Shown: positions 47,016 to 56,077, counted from the stretch's first letter. The stretch: 64,000 bases of DNA from an uncultured virus (IMG/VR IMGVR_UViG_3300042445_002563) (IMGVR_UViG_3300042445_002563), one strand, 5' to 3'. A program made the numbers and translations. Notes: generated from the sequence alone by a model not told the origin.

Positions 47016-47064
47016 CCTTTATTCACCGAAATGCTATAATTAACACTTAAACAGCAACAAGGAG
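47012..47064 (+). promoter_or_regulatory. Early promoter cassette
   Basis: TTGACC 47012, N17, TATAAT 47035, TAACACTTAAACAGCAACAAGGAG. Confidence 0.9.
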
Positions 47065-47070
47065 CCCCGG

Positions 47071-47352
47071 ATGCCCACAGCAACTTACCAAGCACTTACT
47101 GAGCAAGAAAAACGCCAAGTTGGCATGTATGGTGTAACCGAAAAAGGCATGCGTGAAGCTGTAGAGTCCAGCATGACTTTCCGTTCTAGTGGTCCTGCTA
47201 TGATGGCGGCCGGCCTGTTGAGCGATTGCCAAGAGATGATGGCTTACGGTCCCTATGACTCAGACACGCTGGCCAACATCCAGGAAGATCAGCGTCAAAT
47301 ACTGAATCGTGCCAAGTGGATCCTGTTTGAATATCTTTCATCCAAAGCCTAA
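47071..47352 (+). CDS. Hypothetical early protein
   Basis: Cassette upstream. Confidence 0.75.
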   Translation: MPTATYQALTEQEKRQVGMYGVTEKGMREAVESSMTFRSSGPAMMAAGLLSDCQEMMAYGPYDSDTLANIQEDQRQILNRAKWILFEYLSSKA

Positions 47353-47364
47353 TAGGAGAATAAC

Positions 47365-47451
47365 ATGATGCGACAATTGCTAATTGACCTTGCTCACGCC
47401 ACTGTGGTATATGCAGTGCCCTTGACACTATACTGGACCTTGATAGGCTAA
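47365..47451 (+). CDS. Small hydrophobic peptide, 28 aa (not in the ORF track)
   Basis: AGGAG RBS, then MMRQLLIDLAHATVVYAVPLTLYWTLIG. Confidence 0.6.
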   Translation: MMRQLLIDLAHATVVYAVPLTLYWTLIG

Positions 47452-47461
47452 GGAGATTGTT

Positions 47462-47707
47462 TTGAACGACAAAAAAATTGATTTTAGTTGCTTGGGCTTT
47501 GACCGCTATCAAAGCATTGACCTTCAAATTCTTATGAGTCTGCAAAATCATAAGGACATCTGTGAATGGGCCAAGGCAGTGGGCGAAGATGATGTGCGTT
47601 ACGGACTCGGATTGCTGGAACAGGCCGCCTTGGCTGAACTAGATCGCGACACTGAAAATATGAAACAGTTTCCTGAAGCAATGGCTGCAATTAGAAAGGT
47701 AATGTAA
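47462..47707 (+). CDS. Hypothetical protein
   Basis: AAGGAG RBS, TTG start. Confidence 0.65.
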   Translation: MNDKKIDFSCLGFDRYQSIDLQILMSLQNHKDICEWAKAVGEDDVRYGLGLLEQAALAELDRDTENMKQFPEAMAAIRKVM

Positions 47708-48057
47708 TGGGACTGGACATGTACGCCTATGTTGCCGCCAAAGCAGGTCAAGAGGCCACTGCTCGTGAACTGGCCTACTGGCGCAAGCATCCTAATCTGC
47801 ATGGCTGGATGGAACAACTTGCCAAATCTAAAAATGTTGAGTACGGCTCATTTAATGGCGTTGAACTAGAACTGACCTGGGCAGACATTGATGCACTGGA
47901 GCAGGCAGTGACGCATAAGCAATTGCCGGGCACTGGCGGTTTCTTTTTTGGGCGTGATGCTGATGAACACTATCAAGAAAGTGACCTAGCGTTTGTCAAG
48001 GCTGCGCGAGCAGAATTGTTTCTGGGCTTGCGAGTGTTTTATAATAGCTCGTGGTAA
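47707..48057 (+). CDS. Hypothetical phage protein
   Basis: MGLDMY...YWRKHPNLHGWM...GFFFG...YNSSW. Confidence 0.75.
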   Translation: MGLDMYAYVAAKAGQEATARELAYWRKHPNLHGWMEQLAKSKNVEYGSFNGVELELTWADIDALEQAVTHKQLPGTGGFFFGRDADEHYQESDLAFVKAARAELFLGLRVFYNSSW

Positions 48058-48069
48058 AAGATTAAATAT

Positions 48070-49446
48070 ATGAATGACATCAATTTTTCCAACTCACGCT
48101 TTGATGGTCTAACCATGTCAGCCGACTGGATCCAAGATCTTGAAAGTTCCGACAGCCGATTGCACAAAGAAAAAGTAATCGAAAAAGCCCTGATGGCTGC
48201 AAAATTGGGCAGTGCCAGTGCTCAGGGCTTTTTGTTCAACGCTTATCAGGCCTACAATCCCTTCCATGTGTTTGGTGTGCAACAAGTGTCTGAGACTACA
48301 GGCATCACTCATGCTCCAAACCCCTGGTCCACATTCTGGGCCCTGCTAGAAGATCTGCGTACTCGTACTATCACTGGCCATCGTGCTCGCGACCGTATCA
48401 AGGAAGTGTCCCAACTGTTTGACAGTGTGGAATGGAACACAGTTTGTCGACGTGTGCTGATCAAGGACCTAAGATGTGGTATTTCAGAAAAGACTCTGAA
48501 CAAGGTGCTGGGCAAAACAGAATGGAAAATCCCTGTGTTCGGTGTGCAGCTGGCACAGGACTCAACTGATCAGCCCAAGAAAATGAAAGGCATCAAACGC
48601 CTGGAAGTCAAACTGGATGGTGTGCGTGTTATTGCAGTGGTGTCGGGCAGTAGCTGTGTGTTGTACAGCCGCAATGGCAAGGAGTTTGAAAACTTCCCAC
48701 AAATTGCTGAGGCTGTCCTGGACAACCGTCGAGCTTTCCAATACGGCCGAGGAACAGGTGGCCACTTTGTGTTGGATGGTGAAATTGTAGGTGAGAATTT
48801 TCAAGCCTTGATGAAACAGGCACAACGCAAAAGCAATGCCAACACAACTGGCATGGTTTATCACATTTTTGATATTGTTCCGCTGGATGCACTCAAAGAA
48901 GGTCACTGCAATTTACAACAGCACAAGCGTATAGAATGGATTGAAAGTGCAAGATCCATTCTTGACACCACTGATTGCTTGCGCATCATGCCAGGTATGA
49001 ATGTGGACTTGGACACTGCTGAAGGACATGATGTCATGCAGCGTTTTGCCAGCGCCAGTGTGGAGCAAGGATATGAAGGCATCATGATCAAGAATCTTGA
49101 CGCCCCGTACGAATGCAAGCGTAGTGACCACTGGATGAAATGGAAACCCACAATCACAGTTGACCTGACCATTGTGGGTTTTGAAGAAGGAACTGGTCGC
49201 AATCAGGGCCGACTGGGTGCTATAATTTACGAAGGAGTTGACAATGAACGAAATATTCGGGTCAATGTTGGTACTGGCTATAGCGATAATGATCGTGATG
49301 AGTTTTGGGCTGCCAGGGATCAGTTACTTGGCGTCATTGGCGAAATCCAAGCTGATGCAGTTACTCAGAATCAAGACGGATCATTCAGTTTGAGATTTCC
49401 TCGACATGTTCGATTCCGTGGATTTGAAGCCGGAGAGAAACTGTAA
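48070..49446 (+). CDS. ATP-dependent DNA ligase
   Basis: KLDGVR, LDGE, EGIMIK, KWKP and LRFP. Confidence 0.95.
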   Translation: MNDINFSNSRFDGLTMSADWIQDLESSDSRLHKEKVIEKALMAAKLGSASAQGFLFNAYQAYNPFHVFGVQQVSETTGITHAPNPWSTFWALLEDLRTRTITGHRARDRIKEVSQLFDSVEWNTVCRRVLIKDLRCGISEKTLNKVLGKTEWKIPVFGVQLAQDSTDQPKKMKGIKRLEVKLDGVRVIAVVSGSSCVLYSRNGKEFENFPQIAEAVLDNRRAFQYGRGTGGHFVLDGEIVGENFQALMKQAQRKSNANTTGMVYHIFDIVPLDALKEGHCNLQQHKRIEWIESARSILDTTDCLRIMPGMNVDLDTAEGHDVMQRFASASVEQGYEGIMIKNLDAPYECKRSDHWMKWKPTITVDLTIVGFEEGTGRNQGRLGAIIYEGVDNERNIRVNVGTGYSDNDRDEFWAARDQLLGVIGEIQADAVTQNQDGSFSLRFPRHVRFRGFEAGEKL

Positions 49447-49541
49447 TGCACTGGATACTGGTACTGATACTGACATTCGTTAACCTGCCGCTGGCCCTGG
49501 CCTTGTCAGCAATTTTTATATTTTTTGGAAATCAAAAATGA
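49446..49541 (+). CDS. Small membrane peptide, 31 aa (not in the ORF track)
   Basis: MHWILVLILTFVNLPLALALSAIFIFFGNQK fills the gap exactly, with TAATG and ATGA overlaps. Confidence 0.6.
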   Translation: MHWILVLILTFVNLPLALALSAIFIFFGNQK

Positions 49542-49735
49542 GCAAGAATAAACTGGAAATTGACGTTGACACAGCAGATCGAATTGCAGTGCTTGTGCTC
49601 AAGGAACATCGCAAGTATCTCAAGAAAGAACTAGCCGACTTCAAAAAAGGTCAGTACCTGCATCCTGAAGATGTAAGTGGAAACACAATCATGGTTCATC
49701 ACTTGGATGCTGTTATCAAACATTTTGGTGGCTAA
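49538..49735 (+). CDS. Hypothetical protein
   Basis: ORF in the operon. Confidence 0.65.
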   Translation: MSKNKLEIDVDTADRIAVLVLKEHRKYLKKELADFKKGQYLHPEDVSGNTIMVHHLDAVIKHFGG

Positions 49736-50161
49736 ATGAAAATTGGACTCAGTTATAGCCGATGTGTTCGAGACATTGTGGAAGGTCGAGTAGACATTGA
49801 CGATGTGCTGGTGATCATTTCTCGTACAGATTTTGATCCGCAAGACGATGATCAATGGCAAGGAATTTGGTCATCGTACTGTTTAGGCGGAAGAAGTAAT
49901 CCCGAGTGGAGCAATTACGATGTTAACAGCAAAGAGGATGAGGACAAGTTCCGCAGTGTGAGTGTAGGCTTATGGAAGTTGGGCAAGTTTCACCAGCCAC
50001 GCAAGTTTGGCGCACATCCTAGTCGTCGCTCAGAATTTTGGTTGGAAGCAGTGTTGCCTGATTCTGAATTACAAGCTCGTCCAGCAGTAAAAGACGCATG
50101 GGATCAGTTTCAGATACTGGCCGGCCTAACAAACACAAAGTTGGATAGAGATTATCAATGA
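49736..50161 (+). CDS. Hypothetical protein
   Basis: MKIGLSYSRCVRDI...GK.HQPR.FGA. Confidence 0.7.
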   Translation: MKIGLSYSRCVRDIVEGRVDIDDVLVIISRTDFDPQDDDQWQGIWSSYCLGGRSNPEWSNYDVNSKEDEDKFRSVSVGLWKLGKFHQPRKFGAHPSRRSEFWLEAVLPDSELQARPAVKDAWDQFQILAGLTNTKLDRDYQ

Positions 50162-50622
50162 AAAAGGTGTACTATGAAAAAATTGGACGGCGGTATCGGC
50201 CTGTGGCTGAGTATGATAATGATCTTTTGGATAGTTTCCATAAAGGTAGTCATCTTGTCTGTGTATACCCCGGGGGTCAATCCCGTAGGTATAACGTGGA
50301 ACCTAACCATGCGGCCATGATTGCAGCAGGGCGTGTGGCTGAAGATGCTATCTGTCAGGCCTTACATAAAGCCAGTGAAATGCGGCCACAGCGAACACCT
50401 ATCACTCTGGGACAACAACGAGCCTGGCAAAAATTAGCCAAAGAGTTTGGTGATGAATTATGCCCATTGATGCACGCCAGCGCTAGAGATGTGGCCGAAG
50501 CTGGCGTCAAGGCCATGCAGACAGAAGCTAACAAACTGATGAGTCATCCCGCAGTGGTTGACGCCTGGGAGAAATTTATGTTAACATGTGAACTTACTAG
50601 GGAGAGAGAAAATGGCAACTAA
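50158..50622 (+). CDS. Hypothetical protein
   Basis: ATGA overlap with the upstream gene. Confidence 0.7.
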   Translation: MKKVYYEKIGRRYRPVAEYDNDLLDSFHKGSHLVCVYPGGQSRRYNVEPNHAAMIAAGRVAEDAICQALHKASEMRPQRTPITLGQQRAWQKLAKEFGDELCPLMHASARDVAEAGVKAMQTEANKLMSHPAVVDAWEKFMLTCELTRERENGN

Positions 50623-50824
50623 AACAACAGTATCTAAAATCAGCGACAAGCTGATCAAGATAAATGAATCATACACTGTGTATCGTTACGACAACGGCTT
50701 CATGGTAGAAGCAGGTGGGCGCAACAAAAAAGGCGACTACGTCACTGCCAAGATCCTGTGCAACACACTGGATGAGGTGCTGATTCTTGCAAAAGAAGCT
50801 GGCGAGATGGACTTGGATATTTAA
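50612..50824 (+). CDS. Hypothetical protein
   Basis: Probable start MATKT after GGAG; YDNGFMVE. Confidence 0.65.
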   Translation: MATKTTVSKISDKLIKINESYTVYRYDNGFMVEAGGRNKKGDYVTAKILCNTLDEVLILAKEAGEMDLDI

Positions 50825-50834
50825 GGAAACTACC

Positions 50835-51356
50835 ATGACACAGACTATACCAAATGTAACCTTTGCCTTTAGACAAGGCGACGAAGCACCTGAGGAAGGT
50901 GGATGCCCCATAGGCGGCGAGTTTGTTTTTAAAACAACCAATGACTTGTTTGCCAACAAACGAGTGGTGGTGTTTAGCCTGCCAGGCGCATTCACACCCA
51001 CTTGCAGCACCTATCAATTGCCGGGCTTTGAAGAACAGTACAATGACTTCCGAGCAAAAGGTATCGATGAAATTTATTGTGTCAGCGTGAATGATGCCTT
51101 TGTCATGAACGAATGGGCCAGAGCATTAAACATCAAGAATGTTCGAGTCATCCCCGACGGTGGTTACAACTTCACACGAGGCATGGGCATGTTGATTGAC
51201 ATGAGTCACATTGGCTTTGGCTGGCGCAGTCGTCGTTATGCGGCTGTGATCAACAACGGTCTAGTGGAACACATGTTTGTGGAACCAGAATCCAGCGCAG
51301 CTGATCCTGATCCCTACAGTGTTTCCAGTCCTGAAAACGTAATGAAACACCTGTAA
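50835..51356 (+). CDS. Peroxiredoxin (Prx5-like)
   Basis: FSLPGAFTPTCS, SVNDAFVM and RSRRYA; AAGGA RBS before ATG 50835. Confidence 0.92.
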   Translation: MTQTIPNVTFAFRQGDEAPEEGGCPIGGEFVFKTTNDLFANKRVVVFSLPGAFTPTCSTYQLPGFEEQYNDFRAKGIDEIYCVSVNDAFVMNEWARALNIKNVRVIPDGGYNFTRGMGMLIDMSHIGFGWRSRRYAAVINNGLVEHMFVEPESSAADPDPYSVSSPENVMKHL

Positions 51357-51366
51357 GGAGAACAGC

Positions 51367-52047
51367 ATGGCCATCTGGAAACTATCACCACAGCATAAAA
51401 AATCAGCAGTAGAAAAAATGTTTTTCTACAATGGCAGCAAAGCTATCGTTGTTGAACAAGGCTGGCGCTGGGGCACGTTCACAGTGGAATCAGATGAGCG
51501 TCCGCTTACCGATTCGGAACTGGTAAATGAAGACGGCTATGAACTTGGTTGCATTGACAACGACGAGTCATGGGAACTGTCTGAAATGACCGACGGTTGT
51601 TGGCTAGATATTGACGCATTGCGCGATGCCACCGAAGAAGATGTGACAGCATTTGAACAGGCCTGGGAACAAGATGGCTATGACGGCGTAGAAGAACTGG
51701 GCTGGAGCAATGACGATACAGAATACTACTACCTCGGTCCTTTGGAATTGACCAACGAAGACACTGGTCAAGTATTTCTGGGTGATGCTGTTGAGCCTCA
51801 AGCTCAAACCGAACAACAGTTGATAGCAGAGTTGGACCAGCTTATTGCAACCATGCCAGAGCCAGAAGAACCTGCTGTCACAGACTGGTTCCCAATCACA
51901 GTCAATCCTGCACATGTTGGCAGTTATCAAATAACTGAGACCAAATATCCCAATTGGCCGTTTCCGCAACATGCTACCTGGGATGGCAAATCCTGGAGTG
52001 AATCGGACATTGTGTCCTGGCGTGGCCTGGCAAACAAGCCCGAATAA
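51367..52047 (+). CDS. Acidic hypothetical protein
   Basis: AAGGAG RBS; C-terminal W.P....P..G.Y...W..WRGL module. Confidence 0.7.
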   Translation: MAIWKLSPQHKKSAVEKMFFYNGSKAIVVEQGWRWGTFTVESDERPLTDSELVNEDGYELGCIDNDESWELSEMTDGCWLDIDALRDATEEDVTAFEQAWEQDGYDGVEELGWSNDDTEYYYLGPLELTNEDTGQVFLGDAVEPQAQTEQQLIAELDQLIATMPEPEEPAVTDWFPITVNPAHVGSYQITETKYPNWPFPQHATWDGKSWSESDIVSWRGLANKPE

Positions 52048-52051
52048 TAAG

Positions 52052-52080
52052 TTGACAACATGTCACATGATCTGTATAAT
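52052..52080 (+). promoter_or_regulatory. Perfect consensus sigma70 promoter
   Basis: TTGACA 52052-52057, N17, TATAAT 52075-52080. Confidence 0.9.
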
Positions 52081-52085
52081 TACTA

Positions 52086-52342
52086 TGCATGATCAAGGAA
52101 ATGGTGCTGTTCAATAGTGCGGCGGGGGTCCTAGGCCCGCTGCTACTGTGGCATGTGAACGTTAGTCGCATAGGTTGAGACACTGTCCTTGAGTCAAATC
52201 AAAACCTGGTTGGTAGCCAGGGGTATGCCATAAAAGGAATAAAACAGTGAAAGGATATGTATATGTCTGTTGAAATTGGGGCCGCTGCGTTGAGCATGTC
52301 CGAGTCACTCAGCTCTCTTGAATCAACGCCCTTGGTCATGCA
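52086..52342 (+). ncRNA. Putative structured RNA / cis-regulatory leader of unknown class
   Basis: 13-bp closing stem 52086-52098/52330-52342 begins at the predicted +1, with further long-range pairing and several internal hairpins (found by eye). Confidence 0.6.
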
Positions 52343-52574
52343 CCGTATTTGGTTTGATATCGACAGTACCGACGTCTGGTATTCAATCCAGCGTGAAGCA
52401 AAAAAACTCTATGGCCGCAACTGGAAAAGTCAATCTCGAGTCAGGCGCAAACTAGAAAACATCTGGGGCCATCAAGTGACCCATCCAGTTTGGTTTGATG
52501 TGCCCGATCAGTCATTTGCATCCTGGATCTCGGTAAAGTACGCTGTGACCGCCAAGCTAGGTCCCAATAAATAA
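52263..52574 (+). CDS. Hypothetical protein (start 52263 or 52338)
   Basis: AAGGA 52251-52255 lies 7 nt before ATG 52263; HRIWF...VWFDVPD..FASWI.VKY. Confidence 0.6.
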   Translation: MSVEIGAAALSMSESLSSLESTPLVMHRIWFDIDSTDVWYSIQREAKKLYGRNWKSQSRVRRKLENIWGHQVTHPVWFDVPDQSFASWISVKYAVTAKLGPNK

Positions 52575-52577
52575 TCT

Positions 52578-54032
52578 ATGTTCCTTAGTTATATCACCCT
52601 GGCAGTTGCATTAAGCCTGTCAGTTATTGCTGCCTACTACTCAATCATGGGTCTTGCGGCCATTTTTGCTGCGGCCGTGATACCTATTATTATCATGGGT
52701 TCTATTCTAGAACTGGGCAAGGTGGTTGTCACGCTGTGGTTGCACGAGTATTGGTCTCGCTGCCGACTACTGATGAAAATGTATCTGGTGCCTGCTGTGG
52801 CAGCCCTGATGCTGATCACCAGCATGGGTATTTTTGGTTTTCTTAGTAAAGCACACAGCGACCAGAGCCTGGTATCAGGTGATGTGCAGGCCAAGATCTC
52901 AGTGTATGATGAAAAAATTCGAACAGCCAAGGACAATATAGATGCAAACCGTAAGGCGCTTAAACAGATGGATGAGGCAGTCGACCAAGTTATGGGTCGA
53001 AGTGCAGATGAAAAAGGTGCCGATAAAGCCGTATCAATCCGCAGATCTCAAGCTAAAGAACGTGCTCGTTTACTATCCGAAATCTCCTCCGAGCAGAAAA
53101 CTATTGCTACAGTCAATGAGGCTCGTGCGCCTATTGCAGCAGAGGTCAGAAAGGTTGAGGCCGAAGTTGGCCCCATCAAGTACATAGCTGCACTGATTTA
53201 CAGTGATACCACCAATGTTAATATGCTAGAAGAAGCAGTGCGCTGGGTTATTATTTTGTTGGTCATTGTGTTTGACCCCTTGGCCATCATGATGCTGTTG
53301 GCGTCTACTGAAAGCCTAAGGTGGGAACGAAAGACACGTGAAGATCAAGCCGCTATGAGTATTGTTCCGCCTGACATAGTCACAAGATCGTTTACTCCAG
53401 AAGAAATTGCAGCATTGGATCAAAATGAATCTGAACCCAAGTATGACTCTGACGACGGACCGTTGACTGATGATCAGGTGCAACAGATTAAAAAAACAAC
53501 AGCAGAGCAACACCCGTATCTTGATCAGCCTTTTGTGCATTTTAAAAACCTTACACCCATACCAGCACCTGCAACTGTTAGGCCAGAAACAGATGTAGAT
53601 GAGCTTGATAATGAACAAGAACTGCCTTATGTGAAAGAAGCCATCAAACAGTGGAAATCAGTTAATCCTAATGACACCATCAAGAACCAACGACACCTGT
53701 TGTCTCGGGGAGAAATTGCTGAACTGCCATGGATGGCCTTGATTAAATCTTTGCCTGAATACCAAGCTGTACACAGCTTTGGCACACAGTTACCCAGGTC
53801 AGGCAACAAAGGCGACACCTACATTCGAACAGATCAAGTGCCTAATCGCTTGTTTAAACACAATGGCCACAACTGGATCGAGCTTGACAAAACCATCAGC
53901 GACAGTTATACTTACAACACTGCCTACATCGATTATCTCATCGACAAAATTGCCCGGGGGGAATACGACCCTGACTTGCTGAGCGACAGAGAGAGCGAAC
54001 AAGTTGCCCTACATTTACAAGAAAGACAATAA
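52578..54032 (+). CDS. Multi-pass membrane protein with coiled coil and C-terminal soluble domain
   Basis: Three N-terminal TM segments, ITSMGIFGFLSKAH, EVGPIKYIA and VFDPLA. Confidence 0.75.
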   Translation: MFLSYITLAVALSLSVIAAYYSIMGLAAIFAAAVIPIIIMGSILELGKVVVTLWLHEYWSRCRLLMKMYLVPAVAALMLITSMGIFGFLSKAHSDQSLVSGDVQAKISVYDEKIRTAKDNIDANRKALKQMDEAVDQVMGRSADEKGADKAVSIRRSQAKERARLLSEISSEQKTIATVNEARAPIAAEVRKVEAEVGPIKYIAALIYSDTTNVNMLEEAVRWVIILLVIVFDPLAIMMLLASTESLRWERKTREDQAAMSIVPPDIVTRSFTPEEIAALDQNESEPKYDSDDGPLTDDQVQQIKKTTAEQHPYLDQPFVHFKNLTPIPAPATVRPETDVDELDNEQELPYVKEAIKQWKSVNPNDTIKNQRHLLSRGEIAELPWMALIKSLPEYQAVHSFGTQLPRSGNKGDTYIRTDQVPNRLFKHNGHNWIELDKTISDSYTYNTAYIDYLIDKIARGEYDPDLLSDRESEQVALHLQERQ

Positions 54033-55238
54033 ATGAAAAATATCAAACCGATAGATACCTGTAATTTTTGCGGCAAACACAAAGACACTGTGACCAAGCT
54101 TATAGTAGGCGATTCAGTTGCTATTTGCAACGAGTGTGTGGATCTGTGTCAAACTCTCTTGGTAGATGACCCAGCAGAACTCAACAAACAAACCGCTACA
54201 CTGGATCCATTGGCCATTAAAGATCATTTAGACCAGTATGTGATTGGCCAAGATCAAGCCAAACAAGTGTTGAGCGTGGCAGTGGTCAATCACTACAAAC
54301 GGATCAACAATCAAGACCAAAATACTGAAATTGAAAAAGCCAACATTCTCATGCTTGGCCCCACAGGGTCAGGCAAAACACTCTTGGCTCGCACAGTGGC
54401 CCGTTATCTTGACGTGCCGTTTGTGATTGCTGATGCCACCAGCTTGACTGAAGCTGGTTATGTAGGCGACGATGTGGAAAGTCTAATCAGTCGCTTGTAT
54501 GCTGCTGCAGACTACAACGTAGACCGTTGCCAACGCGGCATTGTGTTTGTGGATGAAATTGACAAGATTGCTAGAAAAAGTGAAGGAACCAGTATCACAC
54601 GTGATGTGTCGGGCGAAGGTGTACAACAAGCCCTGCTCAAACTGGTGGAAGGCACTCGATGCCGAATTACTCCGCAAGGCGGGCGTAAACACCCGTCGGG
54701 GGAAACGGTAGAAATTGATACCACAAACATCTTGTTCATTGCAGGTGGTGCTTTTGTGGGCCTGGAAACTATTCTTAAAAATCGCATCAAAGGCAGCACC
54801 ATTGGCTTTGGTTCTAAACTGGCCACACAAGATGATGTTAATCTCATGAACCAGACCATGCCAGACGATCTGGTACGCTTTGGTCTTATTCCAGAGTTTG
54901 TGGGACGATTCCCCAGCTGGGTTGCACTGCAGGAACTGACCAAACAGGATCTGTTGCGTATTCTACAAGACGTCAAGCACAACTACATCAGTCAGTACCA
55001 TTGGTTGTTTGAGCGCGATGAAGTTGAACTCAATTTCTCCCCTGCTGCATTAGAATTGATTGCTGAACGTACTATTGCTAACAAAACAGGTGCCAGAGGT
55101 CTGCATTCAGAACTTGAACGAGTATTGTTACCACACATGTTTTACCTAGCAGCATATCGTCGCCAAGGCATCAAGTGCGTGGACATTGACGTAGATCTAG
55201 TAAACTCACCAGTAGAATTGAAACAAGTCAACGAGTAA
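54033..55238 (+). CDS. clpX: ClpX ATP-dependent protease ATPase subunit
   Basis: Zn-binding CNFC...CNEC, GPTGSGKT, EAGYVG, DEIDK, RDVSGEGVQQALLK, RKH, IGF and GARGL. Confidence 0.96.
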   Translation: MKNIKPIDTCNFCGKHKDTVTKLIVGDSVAICNECVDLCQTLLVDDPAELNKQTATLDPLAIKDHLDQYVIGQDQAKQVLSVAVVNHYKRINNQDQNTEIEKANILMLGPTGSGKTLLARTVARYLDVPFVIADATSLTEAGYVGDDVESLISRLYAAADYNVDRCQRGIVFVDEIDKIARKSEGTSITRDVSGEGVQQALLKLVEGTRCRITPQGGRKHPSGETVEIDTTNILFIAGGAFVGLETILKNRIKGSTIGFGSKLATQDDVNLMNQTMPDDLVRFGLIPEFVGRFPSWVALQELTKQDLLRILQDVKHNYISQYHWLFERDEVELNFSPAALELIAERTIANKTGARGLHSELERVLLPHMFYLAAYRRQGIKCVDIDVDLVNSPVELKQVNE

Positions 55239-55510
55239 TGTATATTGAATTTACTCTGCCACAGGGGCCTAGTGGGATAACCGCACTACAGCCAGGAATA
55301 CATGCTTTGAACATAGTTTCCAAAAAACTCTCCGCCTGGGCACAACAGTACAACGTTGAGTACAAGACAAAAACAATCAAATATAAAATACGAGTAACTT
55401 TTGATTTGGACGAGTATTACACATTGTTTGGACTGACCTGGACTGTGGACCCAAAATATCCAAGCTGGACAGATTACCGCGTGATATCTAATCTAAATAA
55501 CAAAACATAA
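55238..55510 (+). CDS. Hypothetical protein
   Basis: Overlaps the clpX stop. Confidence 0.65.
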   Translation: MYIEFTLPQGPSGITALQPGIHALNIVSKKLSAWAQQYNVEYKTKTIKYKIRVTFDLDEYYTLFGLTWTVDPKYPSWTDYRVISNLNNKT

Positions 55511-55538
55511 TTGATTTTTGTGTTATACTAAATAACAA

Positions 55539-55598
55539 TGTAGTGCCCATAGTGGGGCTACACTTCAAAGTCATCTTGCTTAATAAAGGAGAAAACAA
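55539..55598 (+). promoter_or_regulatory. ROSE-like RNA thermometer in the hsp20 5' UTR
   Basis: Hairpin 55539-55562, then TCTTGCT-taataa-AGGAGA (55574-55592) pairing the SD with a bulged G. Confidence 0.7.
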
Positions 55599-56060
55599 AT
55601 GACAAAAACTCTCACCCTTCGTAGTTTCGACATCCCCGCAATTCACAAATTTGGTATTGGTTTCGATAACATGTTTGATGATCTAATGCGTGTGACAGCT
55701 CAACAATCCAGCACAAACTATCCACCTTACGATATTGTACAAATCAGCGAAGATGAGTACATGATCAATCTAGCAGTGGCAGGTTTTGGGCACGACAATC
55801 TTTCAGTGACCAAGGACAAAAAGTTTTTGATAGTTGAAGGTACACACAGTGTAGCAAAGTTGGCAGATGAAGATGATGCCAACTACACATATCTACACAA
55901 AGGCATCAGCGAAAGACATTTCCGCAGAGAATTTCAACTTGCAGATCATGTGGAAATCAGCAATGCACACCTTGAACTTGGTATCTTGAGCATACGTTTA
56001 AAACGTGAAGTTCCTGAAAGCGCCAAGCCAAAAACTATTGCTATTACGCACGTTTCTTAA
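55599..56060 (+). CDS. Small heat-shock protein (Hsp20/IbpA-like)
   Basis: IGFD, NYPPYDI, AVAGF, YLHKGIS.R.F.R.F.LA and G.L.I.L. Confidence 0.95.
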   Translation: MTKTLTLRSFDIPAIHKFGIGFDNMFDDLMRVTAQQSSTNYPPYDIVQISEDEYMINLAVAGFGHDNLSVTKDKKFLIVEGTHSVAKLADEDDANYTYLHKGISERHFRREFQLADHVEISNAHLELGILSIRLKREVPESAKPKTIAITHVS

Positions 56061-56077
56061 TATAATAGTGTAAATAC

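Noticed and set aside
52086..52342. Structured region as tRNA, tmRNA, RNase P RNA or a group I intron
   Set aside because: No T-loop/CCA acceptor end, no tmRNA tag frame, no RNase P GAGGAAAGUCC signature and no interrupted gene to splice. Kept as an unclassified RNA.
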